Notes under the pieces: generated by a model
The model's input: only the letters and a program-made list of their open reading frames with translations
The model's database searches: none
What the model was told of the DNA's origin: nothing
Made by a program: the position numbers and the translations under genes
Part shown: positions 7,514 to 17,082 of the stretch, one piece after another
How positions within the stretch are numbered: position 1 is the first letter of the stretch
Layout of the letters: each line of letters starts with the position of its first letter
IMG/VR virus record: IMGVR_UViG_3300037408_000044
Location: 1 to 31,014 of that record
Reading direction: 5' to 3' (one strand)
DNA: 31,014 nt
Source: a virus
Lineage: Duplodnaviria > Caudoviricetes

Positions 7514-8658
7514 GTATGGGGAAGTCCAGTTCCAAGCCGAAGAAGCCGAAGACGCCGGTACGGAAGTCTGACGAGGACGCTCGCGAGGCCATGTTCGCAG
7601 AACGCGAGCAGGCAAACGCCGCCGCTGCCGAGGCTACCAAACTTGGCAACCAGATGGTCAGCTTCACGGACAAGTTCTATCAGGACTACATCGTCCCGCA
7701 GTTGGCGGTCGTCCAGCAGGAGCGCAACAAGGGGATCGAGCGCGCCGATCAGGTATTCAACCAGCAGCAGGCGCTGTTCCAGGACCGCGAGGGGACGTAC
7801 CAGCAGCTCGGCAAGCCTGCGATCGGCAAGTACTTCGACATGGTCAACGAGTTCAACCCGGAGCAGGAAGCTCAGCGCCGGGGCATCGCGGTCATGGGAG
7901 ACATCACTGCGCAGCAGGCGAACGCACAGCAGCAGACGGAGCGTCGCTTGAGGGATCGCGGCATCAACGCAACCTCAGGGGATACTATCCGTGCGCTCGG
8001 CCGCAACGACATCACGGCTGCGATGGTTAAGGCGCAGGAGATGAACCGGCTTCGCAATCTGACGACCAGCGAGGGCCGTGGGCTGATCGCCAACGCGGCG
8101 AACTTCGGTGCGGGATTGGGCCAGATGTCGCCGGAACTCTCCGGTCAGGCGCTCCAGTCAGGCGTCATCGGCAGCGACATTGCGACGCAGAGCACCGGCA
8201 CACTTACAGCTGGCGCTGCTATCCCGATGACGGGCCTTGGCGCAGCTGCCGACATCCAGCGGACGCTGTACGGCGGAAACCAGGGTGCCGAGACGAGCGC
8301 ACTGGGCAGCGCAACCCAGGCACGGATGGGCATCGAAGCGAACGCCGCTGCCGCCGCGCGACAGAAGGCCGAACTCAAGGCGCAAGATGGCGGGCTCGGC
8401 GGGATCATCGGTACGGTCGCAGGCGGCCTCATCTCCAAGCTGCCGATGTTCTCGGATCGCCGCCTCAAGAAGAACATCACGCGCGTCGGTACGCGCCCCG
8501 ACGGCATCAACGTCTACACGTTCGAGTATCTGTGGGACAGCACGCGCTACTGCGGCTACATGGCTGACGAAGTCGTGCACAAGTATCCTGACGCGGTTTA
8601 CAACATGGGCGGCTACGACATGGTCGACTATAGCAAGGTGGAGTACAAGCCGTGGTAA
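7510..8658 (+). CDS. ejection/internal virion protein with C-terminal peptidase S74-type chaperone domain, 382 aa
   Basis: Basic N-terminus, Gln/Ala helical body, Gly-rich hydrophobic hairpin, then SDRRLKKNI..VYTFEY..GYMADEV..YPDAV..VDYSKV from 8452. Confidence 0.8.
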   Translation: MSMGKSSSKPKKPKTPVRKSDEDAREAMFAEREQANAAAAEATKLGNQMVSFTDKFYQDYIVPQLAVVQQERNKGIERADQVFNQQQALFQDREGTYQQLGKPAIGKYFDMVNEFNPEQEAQRRGIAVMGDITAQQANAQQQTERRLRDRGINATSGDTIRALGRNDITAAMVKAQEMNRLRNLTTSEGRGLIANAANFGAGLGQMSPELSGQALQSGVIGSDIATQSTGTLTAGAAIPMTGLGAAADIQRTLYGGNQGAETSALGSATQARMGIEANAAAAARQKAELKAQDGGLGGIIGTVAGGLISKLPMFSDRRLKKNITRVGTRPDGINVYTFEYLWDSTRYCGYMADEVVHKYPDAVYNMGGYDMVDYSKVEYKPW

Positions 8659-10424
8659 ACTGGGGCGCATTCTCTCGTGACTTCGTGCGTGGATATGGCG
8701 TCGGCGCCGAAGTCGTCCAGCGTGCGGACAAGAACGCACTCGAAGCAGAGCTGGCACGGAAGGCCGAGTCTCGGGCACAGGGTCGATACGACCAGGAGAT
8801 GAAAGACGTCGCGGACTCCCGCGCTGCGCTCGCACTCGAATTTGGCGGTGGCGCCGGTGAGACTTCGTCAGTCGCACAGAAAGCCGCGGAAGGTCGTATG
8901 GCTGGCAGCGGCGGGCGCTCTCGCGCGATGGCGATCCCGAACAAGCTCGGCGGTCCCGTTGAGGATGGCCTGCCTGTGCCGCAGAGCCCTGAGCAGGCGG
9001 CGAGTCTTGAAGCCACTCCCGAGGCCGACGAAGCCGCCGAGGATACGATGGCACGCGAGCGGGGCTATGAGCCGGCCGCTCCCTCACGTCTTGGTGCACG
9101 TGCACCCGGCGACCGCGCTCGATACGGTGACAACCCCGCCCCGCGTGAAGAACCGGTATCGGATGTTGCGCCTGCGCGTACGGGTGGTATTCCGTCGGGC
9201 CTCTTGAAGGCCGCAGCCAGCGGTAACAAGGCCGCCGCTGCACGTGTTCGCCAGCTGCAGGATCAGGCACGCGCAGATGCCAAGGACCAGCGCGACTTCA
9301 ACGAACGTCGTCGCGTCAATCAGGCAAACATCAATACCTCAGAGCAAGCGCTGACCGAGGCGAAGTACAAGCAGGCACTGACCGAGGCCAACGGTTTCTC
9401 CCAGCAGGCGATGACGCTGGCCGAGCGCCTGCGCGGCAAGGAGAATATGCCGGTCACGGATGCCTCGATCGAGCCGCTCGTGACGAAGCTCGTCGATACG
9501 CTGGAGCAGGGCTACGCCCGCACGCCGGATGGACGCAGCATCAAGGTCGATCGCACCCCTGCCGGTATCTCCGTTACGACAATCGATGATCGGACTGGCA
9601 AGCCGATCGGCCCGCCTGATCTCATCCGCACCGTTGCGGACTTGCAGGATGGTGCGATGATGTTCGGACAGATCGCGCAAGGCGAGAACTTCGGGAAGTG
9701 GATCGCATCCACGTCCGGCGATGCCATCAAGCAGATCGCTCGCGGCACGCGCGGTGAGGCTGAAGTCAGCGGGCTGGTCGACAGCATCTTCGAGGCTCCT
9801 GCTGAGGAGCGCCTAAACCCGGCGTGGCAGGCGCAGATGAAACAGAAGATGCAGGAGCTTGAGGCCAAGTACCCTGACATCGCGACGAAGGAAGTTGTCG
9901 AGGAAATCGAAGACCCCGACAACCCTGGCAAGCCCTTGCTTGATGACCGCGGTCGTGTCGTCACGCAGAAGGAGCGCGTCAGCCGTTTCCGTGAGGTTGC
10001 CGATCTGCTGCAGCCCAACACGCGGTTCCGTGCGGGCAATGGTCAGGAAGTCGACGCACAGGTGATGGTCGAAAAAGTTCTCGCGGACCCGACGGCAGCG
10101 CTCCGCCGGGCGGGCGGTAGCGTTCAGCAGATGCTCGCGACTATGCAGAGCGAACTTGAAGGCGGTGGACTCGACCCGGAGGTTGCGTCCGTTCTGGTGC
10201 AGCAAGCCGCTGCACGGATGCCGGAAGTACTGAAGGGCCAGCTCATGCCTGCCGCGATGCCAATGTCGACTCTTCCTCCGCAGGAGCAGGCTCGCACCGT
10301 TGGACCACAAGGTGGGCTACGCGCTCGTGAACCCGGTGCACCAAGTATCTATGAGCGCCGCGCCATTCCACCAGTAAATGTCGATCCGCGTGCACGTCAG
10401 ATCGGAAGCCCCTTCAATCGCTAA
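8652..10424 (+). CDS. putative ejection/internal virion protein, 590 aa
   Basis: GTG start with GGAG; N-terminal FSRDFVRGYGVG amphipathic segment then low-complexity helical sequence; position between the other ejection genes. Confidence 0.7.
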   Translation: MVNWGAFSRDFVRGYGVGAEVVQRADKNALEAELARKAESRAQGRYDQEMKDVADSRAALALEFGGGAGETSSVAQKAAEGRMAGSGGRSRAMAIPNKLGGPVEDGLPVPQSPEQAASLEATPEADEAAEDTMARERGYEPAAPSRLGARAPGDRARYGDNPAPREEPVSDVAPARTGGIPSGLLKAAASGNKAAAARVRQLQDQARADAKDQRDFNERRRVNQANINTSEQALTEAKYKQALTEANGFSQQAMTLAERLRGKENMPVTDASIEPLVTKLVDTLEQGYARTPDGRSIKVDRTPAGISVTTIDDRTGKPIGPPDLIRTVADLQDGAMMFGQIAQGENFGKWIASTSGDAIKQIARGTRGEAEVSGLVDSIFEAPAEERLNPAWQAQMKQKMQELEAKYPDIATKEVVEEIEDPDNPGKPLLDDRGRVVTQKERVSRFREVADLLQPNTRFRAGNGQEVDAQVMVEKVLADPTAALRRAGGSVQQMLATMQSELEGGGLDPEVASVLVQQAAARMPEVLKGQLMPAAMPMSTLPPQEQARTVGPQGGLRAREPGAPSIYERRAIPPVNVDPRARQIGSPFNR

Positions 10425-10433
10425 GAGGATGTT

Positions 10434-13400
10434 ATGGGCGGTATCTTTGATGACTACCTGGATGCAGCACCCGCTGCGCCCACATCCCCTAGCACCCAGT
10501 CGTCCGGCAGCATCTTCGACGATTACCTTGAAGAGAAGGCCCCGGTTTCGTCGCGCACTGGAGAGTTCGCCGATCGGCTGACGCCGCAGCGCCGTGCTGT
10601 TATTGACGCTGAGGTTGCTGCTGGTGCGGATGATGCCGTCACGTTCGGGCGCGTCGGTGAGCAGGTCGCGTCTGGTCTGTCACGGTTCTCGGGCAACGTC
10701 GCACGTACGGCAGGCGAGATCGGCAAGCGCGTTGGCGCTCCGCAGGGTTTCCTCGATGCGGCGGAAGAGTTCTCACAGGCACAGAAGTACCGCTCGGAAG
10801 CGCTGCAGCGTTCGGCTGGGTTTACGTCTGACATCTCGGACATCGGCGGCGTAAGCGACGTCGGCAGTTTTGTGACTGGCCAGCTGCTGCAGTCCGCCCC
10901 CGAAGTGGCGGCGACGATCATCAATGCGCCAATCGGCCTTACCACATCTGCCGCCTCGTACATGGGTAGCAACCTCGAAGCACAAATCGACGAGGGCAAC
11001 GAAACGGACTTGCTTTCGGCAGGGGCGGTTGCACCTGTGCAAGCGGCACTGGATCGCTTTGTCGGTGTCGAACGTCTGGTAGGCGGTGCGGTCAAAGGCG
11101 CAATTCGTGGTACGGGTATCCGACAGGCGGGCGGCGCAGGGACTGTTGCCAAACGAGTTGTGCAGGGCGCTCTGACTGAAGGCGCGCAGGAAGGTGCACA
11201 GCAGGGCCTCGAAGAAGCGGCACGCTATCAGGTTGCTGGAGAAGACTACGACGCTCTCGCCGCAGCGAAGCGCGTAGGCAAGGCAGCTGCCAGTGGTGCC
11301 ATCGTCGGTGGTGTGGTCAACCCAGTTCTTTCTCGGCGTGATGGGCCCGTGCCGTCTGAGGAGCCAGTTGTTGCGACAGGCACACCCGCCGGTATCGCTG
11401 GTGACGCACGTGTCGACCCGCTCAACATATCCCGCGAGAACCAGCGTGCAGATCGCGACATCATACAGCCTGATCTTACCGGTATGAGTGAGCGCCCGGC
11501 GCTCGACTCGGATGAAATGCGTCGCCGCGATCAGATCGTTACCCCTGCACAGCCGGACCGCGCCCCGCTCCCGGATGAGCTGGACATCTTCACAGGCGCA
11601 ACGCCTGAAACCTTGCGGCCTACGTCTGAGGGTGCGGTTATCCGTACGATCCGCGGCGATCTGCCGATGGATAAGACGGTACGCAGCATCGCTACCGAAG
11701 TCATGACGGCGTTGAACGGTGGTCGGGCGCGCGGGCGCAAGGGCACAGTCATGCCAGTAGCACAGCGTGTGGCGCTGGCCTACGAAACCTTGAACCGTCT
11801 CTCTGACTCGCTAGACGCGAGCCCGAACATTCGTCCCGAAGATCAGGGCAGGTATCAGGCCGCGCTCGGCCGCGCGGCTAATCTTGTCTCCGCGTACGAG
11901 CTGCAGCTCGAAGCGCTCGGCGTGCCGCGCACGCAGGTTCCAACTGCACCGACCGTCGAACAGATGGCTGGACCCGGCGTGCCAATCGAGCAGCGCGTTC
12001 CGGCGCAAGACCTTGGCTTTGCAAGTACGGAAGTTCCGCAGGTTGCCGAGGCGGTTGTCAACCGCTACACCGCAGAGCAGCAGCTTCGGAACGCCGAAGC
12101 GCAGCAGCAGGCACAGCAGGCTCGGGCCGAAGAACTCGGCATGATCGAATCGGCCATCCCTGAAGCGGAGACCCTCGCGGAAGACGCACAGGCTGCACAG
12201 GAGGCGCAAGCCGCACAGGTGATGGCCGACCGCTCGCAGCAGTTTGTTCAGGCACAGCGCCAGGAACTTGTCGACAGCATCATTAAGGGCACCAAGGCCG
12301 ATCCCACCCCGCTGCAGACGTTTATGCGTGGGCTGAAGCGCATCGACCCCGAAGGACTCCCGACGCCCGAGGAACTCGCAGCCCTGGCTCAGTATTCCAG
12401 TCTGTCGAACCCGGAGAAGATTGCCCGCGCTGAGGCGCAGAAGCCTAAGCTCGTACCGAAGGCTCCGCAGAACGAAGCCTTACTTGAGCCGATAACCGTT
12501 CCGGCCAAGATGAGCAAGCGGCAGCAGCGTGTGCAGCAGGCTCGCGCCGAAGCTACAGCACTCGTGCCCGAGGCACAGCAGTCGCCCGAGATCAAGTCGA
12601 TGCTGAAGGCACTCGAAGATACTGCCCGTGGAATCGACAACGTATTCAAGTCACTCATCAACACGCCAGCCGTGGAAGGCGAGCAAGCGTCGCTGTTCGA
12701 GGGAACCGATCCTCGCGTGCAGCCGTCGCAGCCGCGCGGCTTCCGTCAGTACGTGCAGAACAAGATCGCAGTACAGGACGCCAAGTTCGAGAAACAGCTC
12801 GCCGAGCTGCAGGCTGCAGTCGTGAAGGCCACCCCAGCTCCCGCGCCCGAGGTTGCTCCCGAGCAGGCAGAACTCTTCACCGCACAGAAGCAGCCGACCA
12901 AGCAGGCTCTCCGCCTGACGAAGGATCAGGTTGCCGAACGCATTGCGGAGATGGAGAAGACCATTCCAAACGACGGACTCGGTGCCGCGAAGAAGCTCGC
13001 CGTTGTCCCTGAGATCAAGGCACTCGTTGAGACTGCACCGCCGCAGGCTGTTGTTGATCTGATGGACGCCGTATCGCGCCCTGATGTGAACCTGCAGAAC
13101 GCCGTGCAGCTGACGCAGATCGTTAAGGATCGCTACGCTGCGGTCCCCGCCCCGGCACCTGTCGCTGAGACGGCTCCTGTTGAACCGGTCGCCGAAGAGT
13201 CGGCTCCGGCAGTACTAGACGAAGAAGCCCCTGGCGTGAACGTTGAGCCGGAAGGTTTCCTGGGTCGCCCGCGCACACCGCAGCCGACAAGTGTCACGTA
13301 CGAGCAGGCACGGGAAGACATCGCACGCCTGACGGCACGGTGGCGGAACAAGCCTGACATCGTACTGGTCGACGAGGCCCGCCGCGAGACGATTCCTGAC

Positions 13401-16400
13401 GGCTTCCACAGCATGCTCGGACGGTTCGACGGTCTGTACGATCCCGAGAGCAACAAGGTCTACATCTTCGCGCACAACATGACAGACCGCGCACACCTGC
13501 GCGCTGTGCTGTACCACGAGGCTCTCGGCCATTACGGCTTGCGTGAGCGCTTCGGTGAGATGCTCTCGTCTCACCTGCGTGCCATCTGGAACACGTCGCC
13601 CGAGCTACGCCGTGAGGCACAGGCGTGGATGCGGAAGTACCCAGGCGAAGTCCAGCGTGTCAGCAACACCAGCACGGACCCAGAGCTGTACGCACTCGAA
13701 GAAGTTCTTGTGTCTAAGGGTGAGACGCGGGACATGTCCCTCATGGACGCACCGACCGCATCGGTGTTCGAGCGCTTGGCTGGTTTCCTGTCACGCACGC
13801 TGGCGAAGTTCGGGCTCTACATGCCGAACCCGATGGCGAAGTACGACGCGTTCCAGTTCATCAAGCAGGCGCATGAAGCCGTCACGCTGGGTCTGCCGAC
13901 CCGCGAAGCTGCACCAGTCAGCCCGATGGCGGCGCTCCGTGGCCGCCCTGCTACCCCAGTACGCCAGCCTGTAGGTCAGGAGATCATCGACGCGTTCGCA
14001 TCGTCAGATGCACTGAACCAGTTCATGCTGCGTAAGGGCATCACGAACCCCGGCGTCCGTCAGGTTGCTATCTCTGCACGTGGATACCTGCAGCGGTTCC
14101 GGCTTGCGAGCATGATGGGCAACACGTTCGCTGACCTTGCCGATAGCCTTGGGCTATCGGACTACGGCCGCCTCAACCAGATTAAGCAGCTGCGCAACTC
14201 TCTCGTCAACGAGAAGCGCGTCGAAATCCAGAACTTGATGGCCGACGCCGATCGCCTCGGCGAGACAGAGCGCACCGCTCTGCAGGAGTTCATGCGCAGC
14301 TACACGCTCGGCAGCAAGCACGGCTTCGTGCCCGAGTTCTACAGCGCCGCTGACAAGGCGGAGGTTGTCGTCGATCCTGCCGCACAGGCCAAGGTCGATG
14401 CGTTCCGCGCACAGCACCCGGCAGCACATGCCGAGATGTTGAAGCTGATGCAGTTCGCCTATGAAGAGCGCAACGCTTACACCCAGGCCGTACAGGACTA
14501 CATCGAGAGCGAGACTCGCGACTCGCTGGCCGACGTTACCCTTACCCCGGCTGAGCGCCGCGACATCGAAGAGCGCAAAGCACGCCAGCTTCGGATGTTT
14601 AACAAGGCCGTACCGAAACTTGACGGTCCGTACTTCCCGCTGGGTCGCTTCGGCGAACACATGGTGGTTGCGGAGTCGCCCGAGTTCCGTGCGTTGCAAG
14701 CCAAGGAGAACCGCACCAAGGAAGAGAACGCTCAGCTCGAAGCGATGGAGGCGGACCCGAACCACTATCAGGTCCATTTCTTCGAGTCGCGTGGTCAGGC
14801 CGAGCTGCTGCGCGAAGAGATCGCCAAACAGCCTGCATTCTCTGGTGCCGGTGCCCGCGTCACGAACGCCGTCAAGACAGACTTCTTCGAGCAGATGGGC
14901 GAGTCGCCTCTCCTGCAGATGCAGAAGCTCCGTCAGATGGTGATGAAGGACTTGCCCGAGACGAGCTTCGATCGCGATACCAAGCGCAAGATCGACACGC
15001 TGCTGAGTGACCTGTACGTCCGGTCGCTGGCTGAGACATCGGCACGCAAGTTCGACGCTCGCCGCAAGAAGGTTGAGGGCTCCAGCACCGACATGCTCCG
15101 CGCCTTCCACGATAAGATGAAGGCCGACGTCGCGTCGCGTGCACACGTGGCATCGTTCGCTGGCGAGATGGCTATCGAGAAGACGCTGTACGATCAGGTC
15201 AACGCCGACCCGACGAACCCGCAGTACGAAGCTCGCCGTGACTTCTTGCGTGAATACCAGGATCGTGACGCACAGCAGCTGCGGCTCAACATGAACCGTG
15301 ACTCGTGGGCAAGCGAGATGCAGAACCGAGTGATGCTCGGTAGCTCCTTCTACCATCTGTTCACGATGCCGCGTTACTACCTGATGAACATGTTGCAGCC
15401 GCTCGTGTACACGGCCCCCAAGATTGGGGCTCGGCATGGCATGCCGCAGGCGCTGTCGGCGATGACTGATGCCTACCGCTCATTCCGCAATGTGGCGCTG
15501 ACGGGCGAGTTCTTCGGAGGCGAGATCAACATCGACAAGCTCGATCTGCCCGCCGACGAGAAGGCATTTCTCAAGGCGGCACAGAAGCAGGGCAAACTCG
15601 AGTTCGGTCAGCAGCTCGACTTCGGCGAGTGGAACAACGCCAAGACTCAGGCCGGTCGCTGGTCGAAGGCGCTCATTCACAAGCTCCGTACGGTGTCGGG
15701 TCAAGTCGAGTACATCAACCGCACGACAGCTGGCGTTGCTGCCTATCGTCTGGAGAAAGCGCGGACCGGGAACGCCGACACGGCGACCAAGTACGCTCTG
15801 CGGGTAATCGACGACACGCAGCTTGACTACTCGACACAGGCGCAATCCCGCCTGTTCAACATGCTGCCGAAAGTCATGACTCAGTTCCGCAAGTATCAGG
15901 TCGGCATGCTGGCGCTGCAGTACGGCATGATGAAGAACGCGGTCGCATCGCTCCGCAAGGAGGGGCTGTCCGCCGCCGAGACACAGGAAGCCTTCAAGGC
16001 GTTGGCTTACTCGTGGGGCTCAATCGCTGCGGTATCCGGTGTCGCCGGTATCCCCGGCATGCAGCTTGCCGCAGTCATGGGTGCATACATGTTTGGGCCT
16101 GATGACGAGCCGCTCAACGGCGAGCGCTGGCTGCGTGGTCAGTTCTCCGACGATGAGATGGGCCTCGCCCTCCGCAAAGGTCTGCCTGCACTGGCTGGTC
16201 TGGACATGGGCAACGTCGGCCTTGGATCGATCCTAAACCCCATGCCGTTCTTCGACTATCGCCAGCTCGGCGAGCGTGGCGGTGCGTACGAGGCGATCGG
16301 TCAGCTGCTCGGAGGTCCCGCGGGCGGTGCGGTCGCAGGCGTGGTTGAGCGTGGCGCGCAAGGCGGGCCGATGGCTGCTCTCGAACAGGCGATGCCGTCC

Positions 16401-16808
16401 GGTATTCGTGCCGCGTGGAAGGGCTTCGAGATGGCGACGAAGGGCCTGGAGCGGAAGAACGGCGACATCATCATGACGCCCGACGAGATCGGCGAGATGA
16501 AGGCCGTGCTGCAGGCGCTTGGCTTCCGTGATCTGGACGCAGCCGAGAAGATGACCCGCTACTACGAGAAGGTCGGTGCCGAGCAGTACTATCGGGATCG
16601 CATCTCAGAGATGAAGCGGGAGTATGCCGAGGCACAGGACGCTGGCAATCGCGAAGCGATGCAGAACCTTGTCGCTCAGTGGCGGGAAATGAACGAAGCC
16701 AAGAAGCGCTTCGACCTCAAACCCACGGCACTGAGCGAACTGTACAAGGCAAGAGCTGACCGGGCGAAGCGGATCAAGAAGTTCCGCGAGCGGGCCGAGC
16801 TGGAGTAA
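10434..16808 (+). CDS. large internal virion / polyvalent-type protein with zincin-like HExxGH motif and PLxRFG domain, 2124 aa
   Basis: GAGGA RBS; VLYHEALGHYGLR (HEALGH at 13515-13532); YFPLGRFG at 14631-14654; helical C-terminal region (TQLDYS, QFRKY); last gene of the structural operon. Confidence 0.85.
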   Translation: MGGIFDDYLDAAPAAPTSPSTQSSGSIFDDYLEEKAPVSSRTGEFADRLTPQRRAVIDAEVAAGADDAVTFGRVGEQVASGLSRFSGNVARTAGEIGKRVGAPQGFLDAAEEFSQAQKYRSEALQRSAGFTSDISDIGGVSDVGSFVTGQLLQSAPEVAATIINAPIGLTTSAASYMGSNLEAQIDEGNETDLLSAGAVAPVQAALDRFVGVERLVGGAVKGAIRGTGIRQAGGAGTVAKRVVQGALTEGAQEGAQQGLEEAARYQVAGEDYDALAAAKRVGKAAASGAIVGGVVNPVLSRRDGPVPSEEPVVATGTPAGIAGDARVDPLNISRENQRADRDIIQPDLTGMSERPALDSDEMRRRDQIVTPAQPDRAPLPDELDIFTGATPETLRPTSEGAVIRTIRGDLPMDKTVRSIATEVMTALNGGRARGRKGTVMPVAQRVALAYETLNRLSDSLDASPNIRPEDQGRYQAALGRAANLVSAYELQLEALGVPRTQVPTAPTVEQMAGPGVPIEQRVPAQDLGFASTEVPQVAEAVVNRYTAEQQLRNAEAQQQAQQARAEELGMIESAIPEAETLAEDAQAAQEAQAAQVMADRSQQFVQAQRQELVDSIIKGTKADPTPLQTFMRGLKRIDPEGLPTPEELAALAQYSSLSNPEKIARAEAQKPKLVPKAPQNEALLEPITVPAKMSKRQQRVQQARAEATALVPEAQQSPEIKSMLKALEDTARGIDNVFKSLINTPAVEGEQASLFEGTDPRVQPSQPRGFRQYVQNKIAVQDAKFEKQLAELQAAVVKATPAPAPEVAPEQAELFTAQKQPTKQALRLTKDQVAERIAEMEKTIPNDGLGAAKKLAVVPEIKALVETAPPQAVVDLMDAVSRPDVNLQNAVQLTQIVKDRYAAVPAPAPVAETAPVEPVAEESAPAVLDEEAPGVNVEPEGFLGRPRTPQPTSVTYEQAREDIARLTARWRNKPDIVLVDEARRETIPDGFHSMLGRFDGLYDPESNKVYIFAHNMTDRAHLRAVLYHEALGHYGLRERFGEMLSSHLRAIWNTSPELRREAQAWMRKYPGEVQRVSNTSTDPELYALEEVLVSKGETRDMSLMDAPTASVFERLAGFLSRTLAKFGLYMPNPMAKYDAFQFIKQAHEAVTLGLPTREAAPVSPMAALRGRPATPVRQPVGQEIIDAFASSDALNQFMLRKGITNPGVRQVAISARGYLQRFRLASMMGNTFADLADSLGLSDYGRLNQIKQLRNSLVNEKRVEIQNLMADADRLGETERTALQEFMRSYTLGSKHGFVPEFYSAADKAEVVVDPAAQAKVDAFRAQHPAAHAEMLKLMQFAYEERNAYTQAVQDYIESETRDSLADVTLTPAERRDIEERKARQLRMFNKAVPKLDGPYFPLGRFGEHMVVAESPEFRALQAKENRTKEENAQLEAMEADPNHYQVHFFESRGQAELLREEIAKQPAFSGAGARVTNAVKTDFFEQMGESPLLQMQKLRQMVMKDLPETSFDRDTKRKIDTLLSDLYVRSLAETSARKFDARRKKVEGSSTDMLRAFHDKMKADVASRAHVASFAGEMAIEKTLYDQVNADPTNPQYEARRDFLREYQDRDAQQLRLNMNRDSWASEMQNRVMLGSSFYHLFTMPRYYLMNMLQPLVYTAPKIGARHGMPQALSAMTDAYRSFRNVALTGEFFGGEINIDKLDLPADEKAFLKAAQKQGKLEFGQQLDFGEWNNAKTQAGRWSKALIHKLRTVSGQVEYINRTTAGVAAYRLEKARTGNADTATKYALRVIDDTQLDYSTQAQSRLFNMLPKVMTQFRKYQVGMLALQYGMMKNAVASLRKEGLSAAETQEAFKALAYSWGSIAAVSGVAGIPGMQLAAVMGAYMFGPDDEPLNGERWLRGQFSDDEMGLALRKGLPALAGLDMGNVGLGSILNPMPFFDYRQLGERGGAYEAIGQLLGGPAGGAVAGVVERGAQGGPMAALEQAMPSGIRAAWKGFEMATKGLERKNGDIIMTPDEIGEMKAVLQALGFRDLDAAEKMTRYYEKVGAEQYYRDRISEMKREYAEAQDAGNREAMQNLVAQWREMNEAKKRFDLKPTALSELYKARADRAKRIKKFRERAELE

Positions 16809-17081
16809 TCAGTGCTTCTTGAAATGTCTCCGGTAGGCAGGGTCGACCTTGATGGCGGCCTTGCACTCGGGATCGAGCTTCTTCCAGTTGAATCGGAAGC
16901 ATGCCCGGCACTGCGCGGTGCCGGGAGTCGTGTGCGAGCAGTGGTTCAGGTAGCTCCCCGTGCATGCTGCACGAGTCCGCGGGTTTACCGCGTGAGCTTC
17001 GGACGGGGTGAGGATCGCCCATATCAGCAGGAGGATGAACACCCACACGCCTGCCAGTGCGAGATAGTCTAGCTTCTTCAC
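16809..17081 (-). CDS. secreted cysteine-rich protein, 90 aa
   Basis: GGAG 8 nt before GTG 17081; signal peptide ending AHA; AC-x7-C..PG..AC..N..L..C pattern resembling alphaproteobacterial cysteine-rich repeat proteins. Confidence 0.75.
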   Translation of the reverse strand: MKKLDYLALAGVWVFILLLIWAILTPSEAHAVNPRTRAACTGSYLNHCSHTTPGTAQCRACFRFNWKKLDPECKAAIKVDPAYRRHFKKH

Positions 17082-17082
17082 G

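Noticed and set aside
14154-15437. 427-aa - strand ORF, and similar ones at 5281-6354 and 8158-9270
   Set aside because: Antisense shadows of structural genes, explained by codon bias.
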